Part shown: positions 17,954 through 29,071 of the stretch, one piece after another
Layout of the letters: every line of letters begins with the position of its first letter
Numbering within the stretch: position 1 is the stretch's first letter
NCBI GenBank assembly: GCA_963675915.1
Contig: OY780959.1
Coordinates: forward strand, 1,200,001-1,232,000
Reading direction: 5' to 3'
DNA length: 32,000 nt
Origin: Coprobacillaceae bacterium
Lineage (GTDB): Bacteria; Bacillota_I; Bacilli_A; Erysipelotrichales; Coprobacillaceae
Made by a program: the position numbers and the translations under genes
The notes under the pieces: generated by a model
Told to the model about the DNA's origin: nothing
The model's database searches: none
Seen by the model: the letters and a program-made list of their open reading frames with translations, nothing else

Positions 17954-19084
17954 CTAATCGCTTTCGACAAATCGTTCATGAACGATTTTGCCACCTTTGG
18001 TGATCAGACACCCGACCATGATCTCATCAGTAAGATCAACTTCGACCTCGTTGGTTTCCTTATTGAAGAAATGGGTCAAAAATGCCAAAATATTTCCCGA
18101 GAACATCTTGGAAGCATCGAACGGTACTTGACGTTCGAGCATATCACCAGATACAATCCGGACTCCGTTTTCAGTGATTACATCCTGATTGACTTTGGAA
18201 CCTTCGACATTTCCTCCGGTACCCACGGCCATATCAACGACAATCGATCCCGGTTTCATCCGATCAAGCATATCCTTGGTGACCAGAATCGGCGCTTTGC
18301 GGCCGAACAGTTTGGCCGTAGTGATGACGATATCCGATTTTTCACAGACCTTGGCCTGACCTTCACGCTGCATTTCAATCTGCTGCGGGGTCAGCTGTTT
18401 GGCATAACCCTGATCAGTCTGTCCGGTATCCCCAAGATCGATCTTAACGAATTTGGCCCCCAGTGATCTGACCTGTTCTTCAACGACCGGACGGGTATCG
18501 AAAGCTTCGACCCTTGCTCCCAGGCGCTTGGCTGTCGCGATCGCCTGCAATCCGGCAACTCCGACCCCGATAATGAATACTTTGGCTGGAGAAATGGTTC
18601 CTGCCGGAGTCATCATCATCGGAAATATTTTCGGCAATTTGCCAGCGGCATTGACTACAGCCACATATCCCGCCAATGAAGTTTGGGATGACTGGACATC
18701 CATTTTTTGGGCTAAGGTGGTCCGGGGAATCATTTCCAAGGAAACACCCTGAACATTTTCAGTCACCATCTCATTCAAGAGTTCTTTTTCATTGAATGGA
18801 TCGAGATAGCTGACGTGGAGCGTATCCGGATTCAATCCTTTGACAGTGGCCGGTTTCATGATCCGCACCACAATCTGAGCTTTTTGATAGCCTTCCTCGT
18901 TGGTTTCCACCAAGGTTGCCCCGGCATTGAGATAATCGCTGTTGGAAAAACCGGACTTTTCTCCGGCCCCACTGGCCACGATCACTTCCAGACCCAAGGC
19001 AATCAATTTCTTGACATCTCCGGGAACCAGGGCGACCCTGGTTTCCAGCTGGTCAGTCTCTTTACATACTAAAATCTTTTTCAT
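17954..19084 (-). CDS. pntAA: NAD(P) transhydrogenase subunit alpha, part 1 (dI, NAD(H)-binding)
   Basis: 376 aa with an alanine-dehydrogenase/PNT fold. It has the Rossmann motif VFIIGVGVAGLQAIATAKRLGA and ETRVALVPGDV near the N-terminus. Confidence 0.95.
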   Translation of the reverse strand: MKKILVCKETDQLETRVALVPGDVKKLIALGLEVIVASGAGEKSGFSNSDYLNAGATLVETNEEGYQKAQIVVRIMKPATVKGLNPDTLHVSYLDPFNEKELLNEMVTENVQGVSLEMIPRTTLAQKMDVQSSQTSLAGYVAVVNAAGKLPKIFPMMMTPAGTISPAKVFIIGVGVAGLQAIATAKRLGARVEAFDTRPVVEEQVRSLGAKFVKIDLGDTGQTDQGYAKQLTPQQIEMQREGQAKVCEKSDIVITTAKLFGRKAPILVTKDMLDRMKPGSIVVDMAVGTGGNVEGSKVNQDVITENGVRIVSGDMLERQVPFDASKMFSGNILAFLTHFFNKETNEVEVDLTDEIMVGCLITKGGKIVHERFVESD

Positions 19085-19455
19085 ACACTGCCTCCCTTAT
19101 GTTTGTTATACATTGAACATCCTACCAACAGGCAGCCATCCATAAACGGAATTTCATGTTCAGTCAGATATTTGGTTATTTCTCTGGACCCGGCATTGGG
19201 CTGAATCACCACCGCCTTGATTGGCTTGGTGTTTTCCTGGAGAAATTTGATTCCCAGATGGTGATTGATGCACAGGCACAGCACGTCGATTTCAAAATCG
19301 ACATCGTTGATGGATTCCAATTCTTTATAAACACTTGCAACATTGTAGCCACAATCAAGCAGTCGATGTTTGATTCTATAGGCGTATTTGTTTTTGTCGA
19401 TGGTGTTACCCAACATCACAAAATTGTCATATTGCATGATCTCTTTTAAATCCAT
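19081..19455 (-). CDS. CoA-binding domain protein (YccU-like)
   Basis: 124 aa. NFVMLGNTIDKNKYAYRIKHRLLDCGYNVASV resembles the CoA_binding_2 Rossmann-like N-terminus. The SD is caggaggg. Its stop overlaps the pntAA start in ATGA. Confidence 0.75.
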   Translation of the reverse strand: MDLKEIMQYDNFVMLGNTIDKNKYAYRIKHRLLDCGYNVASVYKELESINDVDFEIDVLCLCINHHLGIKFLQENTKPIKAVVIQPNAGSREITKYLTEHEIPFMDGCLLVGCSMYNKHKGGSV

Positions 19456-19476
19456 AATATTACCCTCCTGATGATA

Positions 19477-19504
19477 ATTATACTTTTGACCCGCTTCAAG
19501 TCAA
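19477..19504 (-). promoter_or_regulatory. Candidate sigma-A promoter of the CoA-binding/pnt operon
   Basis: On the minus strand this reads TTGACT-16 nt-TATAAT, about 20 nt upstream of the start codon. Confidence 0.55.
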
Positions 19505-19637
19505 TCAATGGGACTTGTGAAAAAATTGTTAAAAATTTGTGAATTATTTCTAGAATCAGATTATATTTTCAAATAATTAAAATCATCTCAAATTGGCACA
19601 ATCCATAGTATAATACCCCTAATCAAAGGAGAAATTT

Positions 19638-20546
19638 ATGAGTGCAATGTTATCAAAGATGATTAGTTTCGTCGTTATTATTATTCTTGGTTATGTTATT
19701 AAAAAAATGGGCGTCATCAAGGAAAAAGACGCGGTGATAATCTCCCACCTGGTCCTCAAGGTCACCTTGCCGGCTTACCTGATCACCGCCGCCAACGGTC
19801 TCACCCTGTCGCTAAGCCTGTTGCCGTTTATCTTTCTGGCAATCGGAGCAACTTTTCTGGTGAATCTGCTGGCCTGGACCTTCAACAAAAATGAACCGGG
19901 CAAAGTCCGCGGGATCGCGATGATTAATGCAAGCGGTTACAATTTAGGGCTATTTTTAATGCCGATCGTATCCGGCATTTTCTCAAAAGAAGCAATCCTA
20001 TATCTGATTTTTTTCGACATCGGAAACTCTTTGATGGTGTTCGGGGGAAACAATGCCCTCGCTTCCGCCCAAGTCCGCAAATCCAACGGATCTTTGGCTA
20101 AGCAGATTTTGAATCATTGTCTCCACTCGGTCCCATTTATTGTCTATTTGATTTTGATTGTTTTGAGTCTGTTTTCCCTGGCCCTGCCAAGCGCAGTGAT
20201 CGATATCGCCGCGATTCCCGCCAGCGCCAACTCATTTTTATGTATGGCTTTGATTGGAATCAAACTCAACTTCAATCTTGACTTTTCAGCGCTAAAAACC
20301 GTCTTTAAAACCCTGGTGGCCAAATATGGTGCCAATCTGACAGTTTTGGCCGGGTTCATGTTGTTCCCGCTGCCTCAGGAATTCAAATTGATCATCGCCC
20401 TGGCGCTGGTGACTCCAACGCCGGTCATTTCGGTAATCTACAGCCTCGGGATCGACCCGGACAGCAATGTGCCGCCAGTTGTGGCGACCCTGTCAACTCT
20501 GGTCTCCCTCGGTTTGATGTTCGCTTTGCTCATCGTTTTTAACTGA
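19638..20546 (+). CDS. AEC (auxin efflux carrier) family transporter
   Basis: 302 aa, strongly hydrophobic throughout (~9-10 TM segments). The N-terminus, IIIILGYVIKKMGVIKEKD, is typical of the family. The SD is aaaggag. Confidence 0.8.
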   Translation: MSAMLSKMISFVVIIILGYVIKKMGVIKEKDAVIISHLVLKVTLPAYLITAANGLTLSLSLLPFIFLAIGATFLVNLLAWTFNKNEPGKVRGIAMINASGYNLGLFLMPIVSGIFSKEAILYLIFFDIGNSLMVFGGNNALASAQVRKSNGSLAKQILNHCLHSVPFIVYLILIVLSLFSLALPSAVIDIAAIPASANSFLCMALIGIKLNFNLDFSALKTVFKTLVAKYGANLTVLAGFMLFPLPQEFKLIIALALVTPTPVISVIYSLGIDPDSNVPPVVATLSTLVSLGLMFALLIVFN

Positions 20547-21230
20547 TTCATCTTCTTCCGGTTGTTCTTCAGCCGGTTTTTTCATTACTTCATATTCAAC
20601 TGTGGCTTCAGTTGATTCCACTTTGGGTCGCGGCGGTTGTTTGCCGACTTTTTCATAGCGTTCGGGATGCCGGTTGAGATAGAACCCAAAGCCCATCCCC
20701 AAAATCCCACCGAGAATATGAGTGAGCTGCGAGATATTGTCATTGACGAAAAATCCCGAATAGACCTCATTTCCGATATAAATCAAAGCGACAATGATCA
20801 AAGTCAGCGGAATTCGGTGGCGGCTCACTTTCGCAAATGAGGAAAGGACAATCAACATGAAGACCACGCCGCTGGCTCCCAACAATGCGGTATTGAAAAA
20901 CAACATGTTGAAAAGACCGGTCACCACCGCAGTGACCACAATCATCACCAGGAAGTTGCGCGATCCGTACTTTTCTTCAAGCATCGGCCCGACCACCAGA
21001 AACAGCATCATATTGGCACTGAAGTGGGCCAGCGAATTGTGACCCAGGACATGCAAGAACAATCTGAGCATCGCCATGGGGTCCGCCAGCGAACCCTGAT
21101 AGACGCTGAAAAACAGCTTGTTCGCGTTGCCATAAGTTACGAAATTGATAAACAGCGCAGCGGTCGAGACAAAGAAGAAAGTCAGCACGACCGGCGCATT
21201 GTAATCAATTTTTTTTAAATATTTCTCCAT
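20493..21230 (-). CDS. Rhomboid-family intramembrane serine protease
   Basis: 245 aa with six TM segments. It has HxxxN (HNSLAHFSANM), the catalytic GASG (LLGASGVVF) and a catalytic-His helix (HILGGILGMGFG). The C-terminal tail is acidic. Confidence 0.85.
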   Translation of the reverse strand: MEKYLKKIDYNAPVVLTFFFVSTAALFINFVTYGNANKLFFSVYQGSLADPMAMLRLFLHVLGHNSLAHFSANMMLFLVVGPMLEEKYGSRNFLVMIVVTAVVTGLFNMLFFNTALLGASGVVFMLIVLSSFAKVSRHRIPLTLIIVALIYIGNEVYSGFFVNDNISQLTHILGGILGMGFGFYLNRHPERYEKVGKQPPRPKVESTEATVEYEVMKKPAEEQPEEDESVKNDEQSEHQTEGDQS

Positions 21231-21256
21231 AATCCATTTGGCTCCTTTTAGCCTTA

Positions 21257-22771
21257 TTATTCTTTATTCAACAGATACAGATATTCTAAGTAGTTAGATT
21301 CATCGGAGTTCTTGAGTTTGGAAGCTCCGGCCGCTTTTTTGACTGCGGCAGCGCTCATCCTTGAGTTTCCATAGCAACCGGCTCCGGCCACACAACCGCC
21401 CGGACAGCCCATTCCCTCAAGCAGATAACCGTCGTATTTGCCTTTGGCGGCTTCCTTGAGCATTTGTTTACATTCATGAAGCCCATCGGCGCTCTTGATT
21501 TTGACTTCCATCTCCGGATGTTTTTTCTTGATGACATTGGCAACCGCCTGAGCGACTCCCCCGCCAACTGCGAACGCTCTTCCGTCTCCTGAAGCATCAT
21601 CGCCCAGAATATCTTCGCTTTCGATTTTGGTAATGTCGACATCGCAGGCACTAAACATACCCGCCAGCTCTTCGAACGTGATGACAAAATCAACTTCCGA
21701 ACGGACCGATTTGCGCGATGCTTCCAGTTTCTTGGCCGAACAAGGTCCCACAAAAACGATTTTCGCATCCGTATGCGATTCCCTAACCAACCGGGCTGTC
21801 AAAACCATCGGCGTCAAAGCCATTGAGATGTTTTCTGCCAACTCCGGAAATTCCTTTTTGGCCAGCATCGACCATGACGGACAGCATGATGTCCCCATGA
21901 ACGGCTGCTGGGCCGGAACTTTTTCGAGGAAATCTTCCGCTTCTTCAATGGTACATAAATCGGCTCCGATCGCCACTTCGACCACATCGTCGAAACCGGT
22001 CGCTTTCATAGCTTCCTTGAAAGCCCCGAAAGTGATATTGCGGCCGTATTGACCTTCAAACGACGGAGCCACAACTGCAATTACCGGCTCATCAGAAGTG
22101 ATGGCCTGAATCAATTGGAAAATCTGCGATTTGTCGGCAATCGCCCCAAACGGACAGTTGACCAGACACATCCCGCAGCTGACACATTTGTCATAATCGA
22201 TTTCAGCTCTTCCAAATTCATCGGATTTGATCGCATCCATCCCACAGGCCAACGCACATGGGCGTTCATGTTTCAAGATGGCCGAATAAGGGCAGGCCTT
22301 CTGGCACAGTCCGCATTTGATGCACCTGCTTTGATCGATGAATGCATGGCCGTCGACAAAACTGATGCAGTTTTTCGGACAGACCTCGATACAAGGATGG
22401 GCCAGACAGCCCTGACAGCCATTGGAAACCTCGAATCCTTTGGTCTTACAGGCATTGCAGGCGAACTTGATCACATTGACCAGGGGCGGTTCATAATACT
22501 TTTCGGGCTTGATTGCCTCTTCGATTCCCTTGGAAATCGGCTCGGGCGCGTCGACCGGGCGCAGACCCAGTCCCATTGCCAGCCGGATCCTTTCTCCGAC
22601 AATCGCCCGTTCAAGAAAAATACTGTCACGATAAGTAGCCACCTCTCCCGGTATTATTTTATAAGGCAGCGATTCGATATTGGAATAGTCATTGCCGTTG
22701 TAGGCCAAACGGGCAACTTCTTCAAAAACCTGATGACGAATCTTCGATAATGTCTTGTATTCAGTCTTCAT
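21257..22771 (-). CDS. [FeFe]-hydrogenase-like protein with N-terminal ferredoxin-type clusters (group-B-like)
   Basis: 504 aa. Several CxxCxxCxxxCP ferredoxin motifs are present. The three H-cluster motifs are TSCCPSW, VGPCSAKKLE and LEGMGCPGGCVAGAG. Confidence 0.85.
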   Translation of the reverse strand: MKTEYKTLSKIRHQVFEEVARLAYNGNDYSNIESLPYKIIPGEVATYRDSIFLERAIVGERIRLAMGLGLRPVDAPEPISKGIEEAIKPEKYYEPPLVNVIKFACNACKTKGFEVSNGCQGCLAHPCIEVCPKNCISFVDGHAFIDQSRCIKCGLCQKACPYSAILKHERPCALACGMDAIKSDEFGRAEIDYDKCVSCGMCLVNCPFGAIADKSQIFQLIQAITSDEPVIAVVAPSFEGQYGRNITFGAFKEAMKATGFDDVVEVAIGADLCTIEEAEDFLEKVPAQQPFMGTSCCPSWSMLAKKEFPELAENISMALTPMVLTARLVRESHTDAKIVFVGPCSAKKLEASRKSVRSEVDFVITFEELAGMFSACDVDITKIESEDILGDDASGDGRAFAVGGGVAQAVANVIKKKHPEMEVKIKSADGLHECKQMLKEAAKGKYDGYLLEGMGCPGGCVAGAGCYGNSRMSAAAVKKAAGASKLKNSDESNYLEYLYLLNKE

Positions 22772-22900
22772 AATGTTCCTCCTTCACATAATTTAATTAT
22801 ACAAGTAAACACTATGTCCCTTCAAGGATAAATTCGGAAATATCTAAAATTAAGCCCATATAATCGCTAAATATTGACTTGTGTCGCCTTTTTAAGATAC

Positions 22901-22924
22901 AAAAAAGGACACTTTCGTGTCCTT
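22901..22924 (-). terminator. Rho-independent terminator downstream of the CoADR fusion gene
   Basis: On the minus strand this reads AAGGACACgaaaGTGTCCTT followed by TTTT, 5 nt after the stop. Confidence 0.7.
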
Positions 22925-22929
22925 GTCTA

Positions 22930-25401
22930 TTAGATAAATAAGTTGTGATTTGAATTTTCAGTTGCTCCAAGATATGAAGCAACCCCGGCAATTTCAACAC
23001 CGTCCATCAATTCTTCTTCAGCGATTCCCATCAGGTCCATACTCATGGCACAAGCAACGACTTTGACACCCATATTCATGGCGTTTTCCATCATTTCTTC
23101 CAATGGATCGACATTGTTTTTCTTCATGATGTATTTGATTATCTTAGCTCCCATACCACCCATGTTCATGTTAGACAGCGGTAATTTTGAAGCGTGAGAC
23201 GGCAACATAATTCCAAACATTTTTGAGATAAGATCTTTTTTGACGCTTGGTTTGTTTTTCTTTTTAAGGATGTTAAGACCCCAGAATGTGAAGAACATTG
23301 TCACTTCTTTACCCATTGCTGCCGCACCGGTAGCGATGATGAATGAAGCGATGGCCTTGTCAAGATCTTGTGAGAAGACAACCATGGTCGAACCGTTTTT
23401 GGTATCCATGATTCTAGGATCGCAAGCGGCACCTTCAGTTGGAACTCCGACACATCCTTTAGCGATTTTAGCTACAGTCGCTTTGGTAGCCGAATCGATT
23501 TCTTTTGAAAGCAGGGTGTTCCCGGTATTGTCACACCAAGAAACGATATCTTTTCCAAATCCCGGATCAGTGGCCTGGATTTCCAGCACATCCCCTTCTT
23601 CGAGTTTGTTTATTTCTTCAAAGACACGACGGATCGGTCCTGGGCATTGCAGTCCGCAAGCATCGATTTTGATTTTGACATTGCTGGCATCGACAGTGAC
23701 TCCACTTTCATGAACTTCTTTGGCATCACGGTCAACTACCACTGGATTATGATCGATCCGGCAGAATTTGATATTCTTGTAGGTTTTGAATCCGCCATCA
23801 AGGTTGATGGCATCGTATCCTAGTTGGCTAAGCATTCTGGCCGCCACATATCCCCTTTGACCGACTTGGCAGTAAACATAAACCGGTTGGTCTTTAGGAA
23901 TCTTGTTAAGGTTGTTACGGATTTGTCCCAAAGGAATGTTGACTGAGTTCTCGATTACTCCAGTAGCCAACTCGAATTCTTCACGGACATCAAGCACGAA
24001 TGCTCCGTTAGCCGCAATATCATCGATTTCATGCCATTGGACTGTTTTAACCAGACCATCAAGCATATTCACCGCATCGTAACCGGCCATATTGACTGGA
24101 TCTTTGGCTGATGAATAAGGTGGAGCATAACAAAGTTCCAGATCTGGAAGATCATAAACTGAAAGTTTACCTTTGATCGCTGTCGCCAAAACATCGATTC
24201 GTTTGGCTACGCCGTCGATTCCGACCCCTTGAGCTCCCAGAATCCGACCGCTTTTTGAGAAGATCAGTTTCAGATGGATTGGGAAAGCGCCTGGATAGTA
24301 CCCGGCATGGCTTCCGGGATGGATATGCAATACTTCATAATCAATTCCTTTGGCTTGAAGCACTTTTTCATTATTCCCAGTTGAAGCAACTGTCAAATCG
24401 AATACTTTGGCTACCGATGAACCAAGAGTTCCCCGGTATCTTGCATTCATTCCAGCAATGTTGTCAGCGACGATATGTCCTTGACGGTTAGCCGGCCAAG
24501 CCAGTGGGATCATTGTTTCTTCACCATTGACAAAGTCTTTGATGGCTACCGCATCACCTAAAGCATAGATTGATTCATCATTGGTACGCATTTTGTCATC
24601 AACGACAATCGCTCCCCGGGCATTGGTTTTGATTCCTGATTCCTGAGCGAATTTTGTTTCCGGAGCAACCCCGATTGCCAGAATTACCAGATCAGTGTCC
24701 AGTTCCATTCCGCTAGTCAAGGTGATTTTACGTCCTTGCTCAGCGAATCCGGCCACGCCGTCTTCAAGAACCAGACGAACTCCGTGTTCTTGGAGATGAT
24801 CATGAACCTGAGCTGCCATTTCAATATCGATTGGAGCCATTACCTGGTTTGCCATTTCGACCAATGTGACATTGATTCCCAGGTCAACCAAGTTCTCAGT
24901 CATTTCCAGACCGATGAATCCCCCACCGACAACAACTGCTTTTTTGATATCATGGATGCTGACATAAGATTTGATGGTATCAGTATCCGGAATGTTTCTC
25001 AAAGTAAAGAGATTGGTACATTCATTGATTCCCGGAATATTCGGTCTAAGCGGTGAAGCTCCCGGTGAAAGAACCAAAACATCATATGATTCAGTGTATT
25101 CTTCATTCAAACGGTGATTCATAACTGTTACTGTTTTGTTCTCACGGTCAATTTTAACAACTTCCGAAAGATTACGGATGTCAAGATTGAATTTTTGTGA
25201 CATGTTTTCAACTGTTTCAACTAACAGTTTTTGACGGTCAGTGATGGTTCCCCCAATATAATAAGGTAGACCACAGTTGGCGAATGAAATATATTCACCT
25301 TTTTCAAACATGATGATTTGGGCATTTTCATCAACCCGACGTAGACGTGCTGCCATTGAAGCTCCGCCGGCAACTCCACCGACGATTAAGATTTTTTTCA
25401 T
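22930..25401 (-). CDS. Four-domain fusion: CoA-disulfide/persulfide reductase, rhodanese, TusA-like and DsrE-like
   Basis: 823 aa from the ATG at 25401 (SD ggagga). It has the FAD motif ILIVGGVAGG and the CoADR single-Cys motif SFANCGLPYY (Cys codon 25273..25275). The rhodanese loop is VYCQVGQRG (Cys 23869..23871). The TusA motif is DACGLQCPGP (Cys 23644..23646). The C-terminal DsrE/DrsE-like domain reads TMVVFSQDLDKAIASFIIATGAAAMG...VVACAMSMDLMG. Confidence 0.9.
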   Translation of the reverse strand: MKKILIVGGVAGGASMAARLRRVDENAQIIMFEKGEYISFANCGLPYYIGGTITDRQKLLVETVENMSQKFNLDIRNLSEVVKIDRENKTVTVMNHRLNEEYTESYDVLVLSPGASPLRPNIPGINECTNLFTLRNIPDTDTIKSYVSIHDIKKAVVVGGGFIGLEMTENLVDLGINVTLVEMANQVMAPIDIEMAAQVHDHLQEHGVRLVLEDGVAGFAEQGRKITLTSGMELDTDLVILAIGVAPETKFAQESGIKTNARGAIVVDDKMRTNDESIYALGDAVAIKDFVNGEETMIPLAWPANRQGHIVADNIAGMNARYRGTLGSSVAKVFDLTVASTGNNEKVLQAKGIDYEVLHIHPGSHAGYYPGAFPIHLKLIFSKSGRILGAQGVGIDGVAKRIDVLATAIKGKLSVYDLPDLELCYAPPYSSAKDPVNMAGYDAVNMLDGLVKTVQWHEIDDIAANGAFVLDVREEFELATGVIENSVNIPLGQIRNNLNKIPKDQPVYVYCQVGQRGYVAARMLSQLGYDAINLDGGFKTYKNIKFCRIDHNPVVVDRDAKEVHESGVTVDASNVKIKIDACGLQCPGPIRRVFEEINKLEEGDVLEIQATDPGFGKDIVSWCDNTGNTLLSKEIDSATKATVAKIAKGCVGVPTEGAACDPRIMDTKNGSTMVVFSQDLDKAIASFIIATGAAAMGKEVTMFFTFWGLNILKKKNKPSVKKDLISKMFGIMLPSHASKLPLSNMNMGGMGAKIIKYIMKKNNVDPLEEMMENAMNMGVKVVACAMSMDLMGIAEEELMDGVEIAGVASYLGATENSNHNLFI

Positions 25402-25454
25402 AAAGTCCTCCATAAAGTATTGACATTTCAACTTGTGAAATATATATTTAGTTT

Positions 25455-25478
25455 ATAAGCATATTCTAATATACTTAT
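25455..25478. promoter_or_regulatory. Near-perfect 24-bp palindrome, a candidate ArsR-family operator overlapping the CoADR promoter
   Basis: ATAAGCATATTctAATATACTTAT: 11-nt arms with one mismatch. On the minus strand a good promoter covers it: TTGACT (25491..25486), 17 nt, TAGAAT (25468..25463). The palindrome therefore covers the -10. Confidence 0.5.
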
Positions 25479-25502
25479 ATAATTAAGTCAAGGAGAAAGT
25501 GA

Positions 25503-25796
25503 ATGTTATCACAAGCACAGCAAGTTGCCCAGATTTTGAAAGTACTTTCCAATGAAAATCGTTTACTTATTGTCTGCTATCTGATCCAAAATCAGATGAG
25601 TGTCTCACAGTTGCATGAAAAACTGAACCATCTTTCCCAACCGGCTATTTCCCAGCATCTCAACGTGCTCAAAGCCAACGGGATTGTCAACTATGAAAAA
25701 CAGGGAAATGTGATTATTTATTCGATCAAGGATGAACGCATCAAGACGTTGGTCTCTACTTTGAAAAGCAATTACTGCGATATCAATCTTCATTAA
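25503..25796 (+). CDS. ArsR/SmtB-family transcriptional regulator (two-Cys, possibly BigR/SqrR-like)
   Basis: 97 aa. It has a winged-helix core, LSNENRLLIVCYL...MSVSQLHEKLNHLSQPAISQHLNVLKANGIV. The only cysteines are C25 and C92. It is transcribed divergently from the CoADR fusion gene. Confidence 0.85.
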   Translation: MLSQAQQVAQILKVLSNENRLLIVCYLIQNQMSVSQLHEKLNHLSQPAISQHLNVLKANGIVNYEKQGNVIIYSIKDERIKTLVSTLKSNYCDINLH

Positions 25797-25812
25797 TATC
25801 GTCATGGGTATC

Positions 25813-25844
25813 AAAAAAGCCGGAATTCGATTTCCGGCTTTTTG
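25813..25844. terminator. Bidirectional terminator between arsR (+) and GH1 paralogue A (-)
   Basis: AAAAAAGCCGGAAttcgatTTCCGGCTTTTTG. Confidence 0.75.
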
Positions 25845-25863
25845 CATCTCCTGATTAAATTTA

Positions 25864-27345
<1,482 letters not shown>

Positions 27346-27413
27346 CTACCTCCTAGTATCTACCGCCATTTTACTAGAGTTGCCGGTATTTGTAATAAAA
27401 CTGACAAAATATG

Positions 27414-27453
27414 AAAAAACCGCTTTCAGGAGGCGGCCCTCCCAAAAACGGTT
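27414..27453 (-). terminator. Probable terminator between the two GH1 paralogues
   Basis: On the minus strand this reads AACCGtttttGGGAGGgccgCCTCCtgaaagCGGTT followed by TTTTTT. A candidate promoter follows (TTACAA-16 nt-TAAAAT), so the two paralogues appear to be separate transcription units. Confidence 0.55.
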
Positions 27454-27462
27454 CACAATATC

Positions 27463-28944
<1,482 letters not shown>

Positions 28945-29013
28945 CTACCTCCTTATTTTATAGGCTTATCATACTTAAAGCCCCCTGAGTTGTCTTGAAT
29001 CAGTCAAATTATG

Positions 29014-29050
29014 AAAAAAATCCGCCTGACCGTAATCGGTAAGCGGATTC
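29014..29050 (-). terminator. Rho-independent terminator downstream of the acidic repeat protein gene
   Basis: On the minus strand this reads AATCCGCttaccgattacggtcagGCGGATT followed by TTTTTTT. Confidence 0.7.
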
Positions 29051-29071
29051 AATTTCTATTTAATTGTCAGA

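Noticed and set aside
17831-18466. 211-aa plus-strand ORF
   Set aside because: It is antisense to pntAA and pntAB, and the sequence is not protein-like.
22049-22750. 233-aa plus-strand ORF
   Set aside because: It is antisense to the hydrogenase-like gene, which has clear Fe-S and H-cluster motifs on the minus strand. The same applies to 21627..22052.
25431-25440. ACTTGTGAAA recurs here and at 19513..19522, considered as possible CRP/FNR half-sites
   Set aside because: Neither site has a matching TCACA half at the right spacing. A 10-mer shared between two AT-rich promoter regions can easily arise by chance.
27412-27428. TGAAAAAACCGCTTTCA, a cre-like (CcpA) palindrome upstream of GH1 paralogue A
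   Set aside because: At 17 nt it is too long for the 14-nt cre core (TGWAANCGNTNWCA). It is better explained as the outer arms of the intergenic terminator hairpin.
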